From: Takakia lepidozioides
Taxonomy: Eukaryota; Plantae; Bryophyta
Direction: 5' to 3'
Assembly (NCBI GenBank): GCA_030704615.1
Contig: CM060731.1
Location: 58,838,001 to 58,902,000 of the forward strand
Length of the DNA: 64,000 bases
The notes below the pieces were generated by a model. It saw nothing but the letters and a program-made list of their open reading frames with translations. It searched no databases and had not been told where the DNA came from. Both the position numbers and the translations under genes were made by a program. Shown here in pieces: positions 1 through 11,309 of the stretch (positions are counted from its first letter, which is position 1; each line of letters opens with the position of its first letter).

Positions 1-1149
1 ATCCCAGCTGCTCGTCGCCTTGCAGCCAGAGTGCCCTACAAGGAGCCCCATATTACTAAGTAGTGCGCAGGCACAAAGGCTTTTCCTACTCCCACCCATC
101 AGCAGCAGAGAGGCGCACCTGTTTACCGAGCTGGACCATGTTGTCAGCCACTCTCCTCAGCTCCTTGGCCTGCCACACCAGCAACACATCAAAAACACTG
201 TTTACTGACCCAATCTCATGCAGCCACTATCAAAATTGATGATACAGCTAGTGAAAGATTTCAACTAAATATCCTCCGAACCCACTGTGCAACTGCAACC
301 TGACTTCCCAGAGAACCCTGATTCCAGAGGACATTAGACACAAACTGTTCTAGGGTTCTTGCAAGCTTTGAGAGACGAGTTGACTTGACCCCACAATCTA
401 TGCCTCCTCTTGACAAGCGCACTGGTCAAGTTCTTCTATAAATTATGTCTCTACAGTTAGGGCACTACACACTACCTACCACATAAAGCGAACATTACCA
501 ACCGAGAGCAGAACTGTCTGGTTTGTGCCTTTCCCCACATATTTCCCAGATGTGTTCAACGTCTTTCGTTGGGAACATTGGAGCAGATCACGTGTCTTCC
601 AATAATTTAAAAATAATTTGTTCTTTGCAGAGATTTTCCTGTTTAATCCTGGATCCAAACTCCTCCTACTCCCGTGCAGAAATTTTGAAGCCCCGATCAT
701 GAAAACTAGAGCTACATCTTTAGTGTCAGTGGGAACCGTTGATCAGGCCGGGGAAGCCTTCTTGGCTCTGCAATTTTCCAGTACTATTGAAGTCTTAGCT
801 CGGAACGGCTTTACTGACAGTGCGATTCAAATTAGGATACCTTGGCAGTGATACAACTATCACAGAGAAAGTAGTGGGAAAAAAGGCCTCCTTGCAGTGT
901 GTCCTTCTCGGGTTAGATAGTATTGCCTTAACTAGAGCATTACCCTAACCGGATCTAGAAAGGCAGAACTGCCTATGTACTTTCCCAACTAAGACGAATA
1001 CCAAATGTGAGAGGGAGAGGCCAGACCTTGGGCACGGTAGTCTCGATGCGCTCATGCTGCACCAGCTGCGACACCATGTTTCTGCACCCAGACCCCAGGT
1101 CAGGATTCTTGTGCTGCTAACCTCCTTGACTGCCTACATCCGCTACAAT

Positions 1150-1470
1150 CCTGTGTGCCATCATCGACCTGTGCATGGAAAAGAGGTGATGCGCATGTAA
1201 CATCGGTGTATACGAGACACCCATTTCCTGCCTGTGTATCCTGCCTGCAAATCAGATCCAAGAAAAATCGGAATCAAATTAAACAGAAATTGAGAGACCT
1301 GAGCAGCGCCCAGCGATGGCTGGACGTGCGTCCCAGCTTTCGCATGGCATGGCGATGCTTCATGGCTGCCTGCGCTGCTCCCTCGCTGTGTTCCAGCGGC
1401 CCTGTGCAGCAGCTCAAATGGGGAAGAAAGCGTTGTAGGGCGCTGTGGTCCTGCGTTCAAATCTAGGCTT
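1150..1470 (+). pseudogene. Possible highly degraded PLS-class PPR gene fragment (S2/E region)
   Basis: DLSSAQRWLDVRPSFRMAWRCFMAAC loosely resembles the PPR 'L.EA...MP...vW.aLl.AC' motif; no intact ORF. Confidence 0.25.
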
Positions 1471-2700
1471 GCGCACAATTCCATGGAGTTCTCGAGATAT
1501 TATTGTTTTTCTTTTTTCCCCCCCACCAAGGAAACGCCAACCCCAGCAACCGGGCCTTGTAGGGGAAAAATAAATCCTTGTATTTTCAGTAGTCACGGAA
1601 AAAAAGACCTTGACATGGCTCATTTCAAAACTGAACCCGGACCTGAAACCAGAGCGGCCTATTGGATCCAGAACCCACTATACCGTAGTATAAGGGCCAT
1701 TTCGACACAAATTTAATATTTCAAAGATTGTTGAAAATTTTAGAAGTTGATTTTGTGAAATTCAATAACTTTGTGAATGATAATAAAGCATCTTTGGGAA
1801 TATTCCATATGTCGAAATGGACTTCTCGAAATAAATTAAATATTCGACAGGTGACTTGCCAAGGTAATACGGTACCCGCTACGCCGGCCGGTGAACAGGG
1901 TCGGCTATGACTCATGACCTACGAACCCAACTTGTCAATATGAAAACACATTAACCCATAATAAGTGGCAAAACTCATTTTCACCCACTCCTGGAAAAAC
2001 ATGACCCACAAAAACTTTTTTATGAGAATCTATGTGTCCTGTAAAACTGACAGTTGGAATTTCTTCCCACACCACAAAAAGTTTCATCAAAATCCAACGC
2101 CAGATCTGAAGTGTAGAGTGGGGACAAAAACAAACCTTCACTAAGAAATAGGTGCCAAAAAAAGCAGGTTTTTGCTCATATTTGGGCAGTTTTAATTTTT
2201 TTTTTCTTAGAGTCTCAAGAATGTTGCTCCATACCTGATAACACACATCCTCAATATTTTCAGTTTTTTCTGAAATGTTCTCAACTGGGCTCCTTTGTAG
2301 TGACAAATTGGGGGGTCAAATTATGCCATTTTCTTTGGGCAGGCCAAAATCTCTCTTCCAGAAATTCTACAAAAACTTTCAGCCGTTCAATTCCTAATCC
2401 CTCCGGTTGAAGTGTCAAGGGCATCCATGTGAGGTACCCAAAAACAATCGGGACCAATCAGTATCGCATCTTGTTGTTCCCTCCCCATGACTTCAAATGG
2501 CACACCTATGTTATAGCCTACAGGCCTAGGACATTTGGAGCCATAGCCCACAAGGGGTAGAGGGTTTGAGAGCTACCCGCCCCGCTTCCTTGGGGGCCAC
2601 TCCACCCTCAACCCTATGAAACCGTCGCCCTAGGTTCAGTCCACCCCTCATAATGAGGGGTTTTGGACTTTCCCACCCCACATATGTATGGCCTACCCGT

Positions 2701-2965
2701 CACCGGAAATGCATCCCAGGTTTTGTAGATGAAGGTGATTTCACCGGATATACATCCCAGATTTTGAAGATGAAGGTGACCTTACCGGAATGTTTTGAAA
2801 CCATATAGCATGTTCCAAACACTTTTGAATTTTCAAACTGCAGGAGCCCCTGAATTTGTTTAAGTCCCTTATGTACTTGTGTGCTTGAAGCCCCTTGAAT
2901 TTGTTCTATTTCTTTGTGTGCTTGAAGCTCCTTGAATTTTTTCTAAGTCTTTTGTGTGCTTTCAA
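2701..2965. repeat. Short local tandem repeats (41-bp unit x2, then ~35-bp unit x3)
   Basis: caccgga.at.catcccag.ttttg.agatgaaggtga occurs twice; cc(t)tgaatt...ttgtgtgcttgaag occurs three times. Confidence 0.6.
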
Positions 2966-4363
2966 GCACGTGTGATACATCCTGAAATTTTTTAATTCAT
3001 GCAAAGCTGCGAAGGGAAATATACATCCATTCAAGGGGTTCTTGAACTTGTTCATAATACATACGTATGAACACTAGTTCAGCCAGGTGTTGAACTTAGT
3101 GATAATTGTTTTTTATAATCAGTCCTATACATCCCTCTAGCATAACCCAGACTCGAGTGGGAATTGAACCCACGCAAAACTGCCCATCGCAGCCAAGCGC
3201 CCCTCCCCCCACTCCCCCTCCCATCTCTGCCACTACCATCCCACAGCACCCCCCTCCCCCTCCCTCTAGCTATTGTTAGTGACCCTAAATGTTAGTGATT
3301 ACTAGTCGCAGTAGAATGTGAAACTGTCATGTCAAAAAGTCAGCCCCCTGCAACGCATGCACACAACCCCATAGATCTGAGCACATCACCCCACCAGTCT
3401 GTCATCCCCCTACAATACATACTATCCATAAACATAAACATAGCAAAAGATTGTCACCATTGTCAAGAGTTCCAAGCTGTAGTCACTATCAAAAATCGAC
3501 ATCAAATGAAACCTAGCGATGTCTACGGTGCTCCCAAATCCTTCAAACTGAAGGCAAAGCAATTCCTGTAAGCCCTCAGGAACCGCCATATATGTCGTCT
3601 CTCTCCTCCCGTGACAATGGGTCCAATGTCAAGCTCCCAATTGTCCTCCATAACTGTAACCTTAAGTCCAGCAGACTTAGAGGTAGGAGATGCGTCCCGT
3701 GGTTGCTATGCCGCAACCTCTTGAACAGTGACCACTGCCTGCTCTGTCGGTGACAAGGCCTCATCCTGCCCCATCACTAGAAGAGAAACTGGCTTTTTCC
3801 ACGGGTATGACATCTCACACCTGGCACATTCCACGGCTTTTATCACGGGTCTGTAGAGTGAGCCAAGGTGTGGGTCAAAATATGCCCTAACTGTGGGGTG
3901 TCTCACATGTGATCAATACCCGAGGCAAGAACGGTGTGAAATCAGCTAGGACACAACTAGGACAAATAGGCATAGGCATAATTTACATTTTTTGCCACAA
4001 ATCACTTACATCATCCTTACGTTGAACTCCTTGTTTATGTGACATGCTTGGACTTTGTCATCTCACACATCAAAGAAAAAACCAGAATATTTCGAAAAAA
4101 ATCCATAGAATTTTAACAAGAGAAAAAGAAACCCAGGTGTAGGTGGGTAGCATGGTGAGTCTCTATACAAGGTGATTTATTTTAAATTGTAAGTGGTTTC
4201 AACAACTTCATTAGCAACTCCACAATTATATTTTAAATTCATATAAATTGAAATATATGAATTAGTATTAGATAGAAATAGTTGTTTTAACTACTCATTT
4301 CATGACTGTGAACCTTACCCAATAAATCAATTAATCAGGGCCTTTCTACCTTGTTATATATAT

Positions 4364-4460
4364 ACGTTTTGCACCCTAACATATATATATAGCTAAAAAT
4401 ACCTTCACATAATTACATGGACCATATAATTATTTTATATAATGTTAGGGTGCAAAACGT
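4364..4460. repeat. Perfect 19-bp inverted repeat around an AT-rich 59-bp spacer
   Basis: acgttttgcaccctaacat (4364-4382) and atgttagggtgcaaaacgt (4442-4460). Confidence 0.85.
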
Positions 4461-4731
4461 TCAAAAACTTCAAAAGTTGGCTCGAATTTAGGGCTTTTAG
4501 GTCGCGGTGTGCAGGGCTAGGACTTAGCGTTTTTTGGGGTCCGGTCTTCTTAGTGCCAAATATCGTGATAGCAGGAACTCGAGGACAATGTGGTGAGGTT
4601 ACCTTCTTCTTCGACCTATTTCAACCTGTTTTGCCCTCTCATCAGACTCGGCCCTGAATTTGCAGCACGGAGCAGAGCTGGCATGAGTTTTACCCTTCAC
4701 AATGGTGGGACAACAGCCATGAGTTTTCCAA

Positions 4732-4860
4732 GGATGCGAAGGGTGTGTTCGACGAAATGGCTACCAAGATGTGGTGTCGTGGAATGCAATGATCGCAGTG
4801 TGGTACGAAGGCTTTGGAGACATATGAGGAAATGATGTCGGACAAGTTGAACCCTAATGC
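4732..4860 (+). pseudogene. PLS-class PPR motif remnant
   Basis: Frameshifted pieces DAKGVFDEM / DVVSWNAMIA / EALETYEEMMSDKLNPN are a typical PLS PPR consensus. Confidence 0.7.
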
Positions 4861-4932
4861 AGGCTGTGTTTCAATCTCTCCCCGCTCAACTGCACCGTGG
4901 TGGTTTTCATTGACCAATCCGACATTACCAGA

Positions 4933-5432
4933 NNNNNNNNNNNNNNNNNNNNNNNNNNNNNNNNNNNNNNNNNNNNNNNNNNNNNNNNNNNNNNNNNNNN
5001 NNNNNNNNNNNNNNNNNNNNNNNNNNNNNNNNNNNNNNNNNNNNNNNNNNNNNNNNNNNNNNNNNNNNNNNNNNNNNNNNNNNNNNNNNNNNNNNNNNNN
5101 NNNNNNNNNNNNNNNNNNNNNNNNNNNNNNNNNNNNNNNNNNNNNNNNNNNNNNNNNNNNNNNNNNNNNNNNNNNNNNNNNNNNNNNNNNNNNNNNNNNN
5201 NNNNNNNNNNNNNNNNNNNNNNNNNNNNNNNNNNNNNNNNNNNNNNNNNNNNNNNNNNNNNNNNNNNNNNNNNNNNNNNNNNNNNNNNNNNNNNNNNNNN
5301 NNNNNNNNNNNNNNNNNNNNNNNNNNNNNNNNNNNNNNNNNNNNNNNNNNNNNNNNNNNNNNNNNNNNNNNNNNNNNNNNNNNNNNNNNNNNNNNNNNNN
5401 NNNNNNNNNNNNNNNNNNNNNNNNNNNNNNNN
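4933..5432. other. Assembly gap (500 N)
   Basis: Run of N; ORFs crossing it are artefacts. Confidence 1.
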
Positions 5433-6690
5433 CCTGCTGGCGAACGCCCTGATTGGCATCGTTGGAGTAGCGCAGCATGTAGCTGATCATCCATGATTGC
5501 ACTGCACATAAGAGGTAGATAATGGGCTTTAGAGAAGGTGGTCTGGAGTGCCTGCACCTATGATCTCCAGCCAGGGATACCTTCACCTCATTTGTTACTA
5601 CTCATGGATAGCCAAATCAGGCCTTGAGGCTCAAGCCAATAGTCACACTGGAGTGCAGCAGCTGAATCACAACAGACTCGGAGGCCTTGGAAAGAGAAGA
5701 GCTAAAACATAACAAGGAACTTCCACCAAACCATCTGAATTCTCTTTAAGCAATAAATCCACCACACATACTAACACACGAATAAATCAACCAGGATCAT
5801 CAAGAAGGCTAGACCAGCCCCAAGCAGCCAATACGCCATGTAAATCCAAGGCCAAGGGTTGCTGATCTGCACAAAGAAGATTGAGAAGAGGGGCAGGATC
5901 AGGAGGAGGGGCTGCATCAGCAGCAGCAAGGTCATCCAAGGTGAGCATGGGCCTGCTGACAGGAGGATCAACCCGTGTAAGTGCATCAGCATTTGTGTTC
6001 TCTTTTCCCTTCTTGTAGACTATATCCATGTCACAAGAGCCTTAAGTGGAAGATGATCAGTCTTTACCACAAATTGGCTACCATGCAAATACTGCCTGAA
6101 ATGCTTCACACCAAATACTAAGGCCAGACCCTCTTTGTCAGATATGGAATAGTTCCTTTCAAGACGATCAAGATGGCGAGATGCATAAGCTATTACATGC
6201 TCCTTGTCTTCTACAACTTAACATAAGATTGCAGAGATGACAACATCTGATGCATCAGTCTGAAAAGAAAGATAAGTCAAAATTGGGAAACATCAGGATG
6301 GGAGCTGAACACAAAGCCTTGCAAAGGGTGTCAAAGGCAGCCTACTGGTCAAAGGTCCATTCAAACTTAGCATCTTTGCACAACACCTTGGTCAAAGGGT
6401 GAGCAAGCGTGGCAAAGTTCTTAATAAAGCACCTATAATAAGAAGCCAGACCCAGGAAGGATTTGATACAATGTTTATCCTTGGGAATAGGCAAGCCCCA
6501 AACAGACTCAAGCTTTGTAGGATCAGAAAGCAAACCATCCTTGGAGGATATGACCAAGAAAGTGTAGCTCAGGCATGAATAGCTCACACTTCTTTGGCTT
6601 CACTTTGAGGCCTGCAGTACGCAATTTGTTGAAAACACGTTGCAGGTCAGTCAAGTGGGCATCAAAACTGGCTGAATACACATTGATATC
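5433..6690 (-). mobile_element. Ty3/gypsy LTR-retrotransposon pol remnant (RT end, RNase H, start of integrase region), degenerate
   Basis: Motifs FLGLASYYRCFI.NFA.LAHPLT, QTDASD, YASR.L...ERNYS...KEGLALVFGVKHFRQYL, YKKGKENTNADALTR; stops and frameshifts present. Confidence 0.9.
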
Positions 6691-8732
6691 CACTACAGCA
6701 AATGGGGGGGGGTTTGCGATGCCAGCCACGCCCCCATGCCTTGCGCGGCGCTGAGCGTGCGATGCCAACCCTGCGGAGCATGTTTGCGACGCTGGGCCGT
6801 CGCAACCAAACCCCGCGGGTCGCCCCCTGGCGCCGGGGCCAGGCGGCAACGCCTGGCCGTCGCACGGATGGATGAAGGGCAAAAGGCAGCCCTTCCGTGC
6901 GATGCCCAAGCATCGCCCCCCAACGAAGGGCAGAAGGCAGCCCTTTCTGGCGACGGCCGGTCATCGCACGCCGAAAAAAAAAACCCTTTCTTGCCCTTTC
7001 TTTCTTGCGACGGCCGGGAGTCGAAAACTGTCCGGCTGCCCTATTCTTGCAAAACACAAGTCACAGAATGCGACGGCTTGCCGTCGCCGTTTGCAACCCC
7101 CGGCCTCATAAATCCATTCTTTCAAAACAAAAAAACTTATCGCAGTTGGTGACGGTTAGTCGTCGCCGTTTGCGTCCCCCGGCCTTATAAATCCTAAAAA
7201 CCGCGTCGCAGGTTGCGTTGCGTGGGGGTCGCAAGCAACGACAGCAGGGCTTTCTAGGTTTAGGTTTAGAGCCTTTGGGTGTTCTTAGTTTTTTTTTTTT
7301 TCATATGGTACTGGGGTAGGGTGTTTGTTTTTCTTTATGGTTTAGCTTGTTATTGTGGACCTTCTTGTAGATTGTGACATTTATTTTGATAATTCTCTTG
7401 AGACCACATCTATATGTGTTGCTCCAACATATTAGCACTGGTCACATCGGGCACATGCTCTGGCACAAATTCTGCAAGTAGACCGGCGCGAAATGCCTTA
7501 TGTGCAATATGATTGCGAGCTTGGGCATCAAGTCGTGGTTGCAATGTGCGTAGTGAACGACGCATCATTACTTATGTCGTAATTTTGATTCATGTATGCT
7601 TACCAATCATACTATATTATTAGATAAATCTAAATGTACCTTAAATGATGTTAATGAGAGGGGTGGGAAAAACACTCACATTTGCCGCATCCGCAATCTT
7701 GTTCTTCTTGTAATGTTTTTTGACAACATGCGGTTGCCGCCTCGGTGGTCTGGTGCCGCCCGGCGGTAGTGTACCAACACTCAATCATGTCGGGGGGGGG
7801 GGGGGGGGGTCAAAGGTGGATGTGGTTGGACGGGGTGGCCTGCGAAGGGGTAACCCGCGGCGCGCCCGACTCGATCCCGGAGTGTCAACATCCTCCGTAT
7901 CATCTGAAATTTGGCCCCAGTCCCTTCTACGATTGTGTCCGGCAGCCTGCATTGGATCAGGTGCAATAGGTGGTTCCTTGCCACAAAAAACGGTCGCTCT
8001 AGGGCCACAATCAATATGTGGTACTACCTCCCCATCCTCGAGGGAGACGGGTCGATGTTTCCTCACCATCGCATCATAATTAACATACACCACCAACACT
8101 TTCATTTCTCAAAAACCGTTGGCAAAAAAACCCTATGCCTCAGCCTCGGGGCTTTCAAAATTGATAACCAAAGGCGGAGCATCCCTATGGTGCTAGAGCC
8201 CAAGACAAAAATCCTTCCTCTCGTTCTATCTTCAGGATGCCCACACCATGGAAAAATTTGTTGAGACCCAGCGCTTTGCGATTATCAGATTGAACCACAT
8301 TTTGGGTATGTGAATCATAATTACACCGTTTATCCTTTTAACCCCAAGACCGACAACCTAAACCGCCAATCCAAAACCTAGCACCATGAAGAAAAGCAAA
8401 CACCCTAACCCAGTACCATATGGAAAAAAAAAAAAAAAAAAAAAACCCAAAAGGCCCTAAACCCTAAACCCAGAAATGCCGGCCATCGCCTCTTGCGACA
8501 CCCTCGCGTCGCATTTGACGACGAGTTTTTTTCAATTTTTTACCTGGGGGTCGCACCCCGTTGCCGTCGCAGGAGGCGACGTGTTTTTATTTATTTATGG
8601 GGCCGGGGGTCGCAAGCAACGACGGCCGGCCGTCGCAAATATCATTTTTACATTTCAAAAAAGGGCGGGGCGCAGGCGTGCGACGGCCGAGCGTCGCACG
8701 TAAGCGCCGTGCCCTTTTTTTTCCCCTAAGTG
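6691..8732. mobile_element. Non-autonomous CACTA/EnSpm-like element with GCGACGGC/GCCGTCGC subterminal repeats and internal inverted repeats
   Basis: Begins CACTACAGCAAA exactly where the gypsy RT breaks off; gcgacggc/gccgtcgc motifs are dense at both ends; ~7247-7345 is the reverse complement of ~8384-8478; the right end (...ctaagtg) is imperfect and no TSD is found. Confidence 0.65.
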
Positions 8733-9141
8733 CTTGAAGCATCTCTTTCCCCTCCCGTTTTCATTTGTTCTTTGGGAGAGAGGTAGTTCAGAGAGTGGGG
8801 TTTAGGGTGGAGGAGAAACGCACCTACTGCTGAACCTGAGGTGGTCGCAAGGCCCCAAGGAGTTTGCCCCAACGCCCAAGGTAAGCACCGCCTCCTCCCT
8901 CACTTTCTCTCTTGCTTTTCTTGCCCTAAGTACGGGCTGATGTCTCTCTCCCCTTTGTGGTAGGAACGCCGCACAGAGACGCGACCTAAATGAGCTGAAG
9001 AGAGAGAGAGAGAGAGCCGTGGTGAGCGGGGGAGAGACGTCCTGCAGCGGCGGGGACCCGCGCCGCTGGCAGCCGCGACAGCACCGCAGCAGCTCGCCGC
9101 GCCAGCTCGCTTCAAGCAACAGCAACAGAGGTACGTCAGGG

Positions 9142-9722
9142 AAATTGCACTCTCCATTTCCTCTCTGCTTCTGTTTACTGTTCAAAGGTAGTCTTCCTGC
9201 CCTGAGTTTAAATTTAGGTCTGGTGCCAAGAGTGGGATAGACCCTTGAGTGCATCCATGATGTTATCCCCCATGTCACATACTGAAAACAGGTTCAGGGA
9301 AGTTTTCTTCCTAACTTCATTTTCGTCGGACAATTTTCTGGTAATAGACATGGCTTTGGACACTACACTCTCTAAGTCAAGTTTATCCAGCAAGGTCAAG
9401 ACTTGCGGGTCCAGATTCAGATCCTTGAGAATCTCTTCTACTCTCTTCTCCCAGGGCTTACCCTGCTTGACAGGGCGGTCCTGTTTCCAAGATATAGAAT
9501 CGATTAACTTAGGATATTTGGTGTTGGACATATGTTGCAACTGAACCCACCATCTGACCTTGAATTTATCTCGTCGGGAACTTAAAAGAGAGCAACACAG
9601 AAGATAGGGAGAGAGAGGGACAGAGAGAGGGAGTGAGAGGGAGACATCAGGAGGAAACAAAAGGGACAAATCCTACCTCTGTCAGGGGCTGACGTTTGTA
9701 GTAAGACTTACCTTCACATATA
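9142..9722 (-). mobile_element. Scrambled fragments of the LINE family found at 20.2-23.2 kb (9142-9583 and 9657-9722) joined by a GA-rich spacer
   Basis: Near-identical peptides: [36 protein letters not shown] and [18 protein letters not shown]. Confidence 0.9.
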
Positions 9723-10374
9723 GAAAAGTGACTGAGCTACTGCAACAGGTCCCTGTGACAATTCCACCATAAGTTCATAGACTGTTGAATAAGTTGATTG
9801 ACATACATGGAACCATCATTTCATTTACCATTTCAACGGTTCTTAGATCAGAATCTAAGACTTGCCGAGCCATCGGGGCCTGCAGAAATCTGAATTGATG
9901 TGCGCAACACGCAATGCCTCTAGTCGATTGTGAATCAATTACTTGTCGTGTTCAAGTGCAACGTTGGAAATCCCAAATATTTGGTGGATACGGGAGGTAC
10001 TGCTTTTGTGGGTTGGCAGAGTGCGGGTGGGACAGACCTGTTGACTAGACTCAGCATCAGATTCTTCCCGAGATCAGAGACATCGTCTCTGCCCTCTCCC
10101 TTGAGCATAGTAAGCGAGACATTTTTGAGCTTCTCCATCCGTGTGGCTTCTTGTAATTGATCTGTCTTCAAGTTGAGCCACTGCACGTGACACGGCAGAA
10201 ATCAGAAGACAGCACGGGATCCCACTAATTTCACCGAAGGATTACTGCAGTAGTAGGATTTATCTTAATACTGTTGGTCAAAAGATATCAATTCTTTGGA
10301 TGCAAGAATCAACCCAGAATTCAACCAAGGGAGAATAGTTATTGGCATTGTTAGAGAGAGGGGGGGAGAGAGAG

Positions 10375-10453
10375 TGTACTCGTAAGACGTTGTTTGTCAT
10401 AGCCTTGTGGCCATAGACCCCGCGCCCAGTTTGGGCGGAACAATGGAACAGAT
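10375..10453 (-). mobile_element. Extreme 3' end fragment of the same LINE
   Basis: tgtactcgtaagacgttgtttgtcatagccttgtggcc matches 22842-22880. Confidence 0.85.
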
Positions 10454-11309
10454 ACTAACTATCTATATCGATCGATGAGTCTGAACCGACAACATCGTCT
10501 CCAAATCGTGGAAGGACGCACGTTGGTGCTACTGGGTAACGAGGGAGCTTCACTCCATAGCAATTCATCAGTGGAAAAGTATGTTGAAGATTCGGTGTGT
10601 GGAGGTGTGACACGCAAACTGACGGCGGCATTTGATGAGTCAAGTTGAGAGTTTGGTGCGTTGGTGGGGCGGGACCTCATATCTGACCTTCCCTCACATT
10701 CCAACCAAAGGCAACCAGAGGCTCGAGCAAAACCTGCAACTTCAGAACAGTTCAGCGGATCCCTCCCTGTTGATCTGTTTCAAAACAAACTGCACATCCT
10801 CATATCCCAGGGTAGAGAATATTTTCCCGCGGCCAAAGAATCATTAAGGAAACTTTCGCCGGGGTATAAAATCTTTCCCGGGCTTCCCCCTCACATAAGA
10901 TTACAACTAGCGGGGCTTCCAATCACGAAGGCTTGATCCTCCCTGTGTTTTATGCTTCCATATGTGTGACGGAAATATGTGTGAGGGAAAACGGTGTGAT
11001 GGTTCTTCTCAACTTTGAGACGTGCATGTCGCCTACCTAGTACTTAGGGAGTGACATGGTTCAAACGGAAAAGCCCGCGTTGCTCGGTTCCAAGATGTGA
11101 AGTGAGGGATGAATCCCACCTTGCTGTAGATCCCATGAGGCAAACAAGCTCGGTACCAGCACAACCCACTTTATGGGTTGCAGCACAGCTTGTACCCGCT
11201 GGTTGGGGCCCTAAGGCCTAAAAGAACTAGAAAACCCAAAACGTTTTGAGAGAAAGAGGACGAAAGGAGGAAGACAAATAATACACTAGGGAAGGGGGAA
11301 GAGAGGAGA

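Noticed and set aside
1-960. gag-like retrotransposon remnant on the minus strand
   Set aside because: Only vague zinc-knuckle-like residues; no motif I can support
3146-3180. tRNA gene (minus-strand GGTTCAATTCCC B box)
   Set aside because: Only a T-arm-like fragment; no A box or acceptor stem
2139-4555. CACTA element bounded by cactaagaa...ttcttagtg
   Set aside because: Only a 9-bp terminal match, and the flanking 3-mers differ (ctt versus cca)
4690-5586. Long ORFs spanning 4.7-5.6 kb
   Set aside because: Artefacts of translating through the N gap
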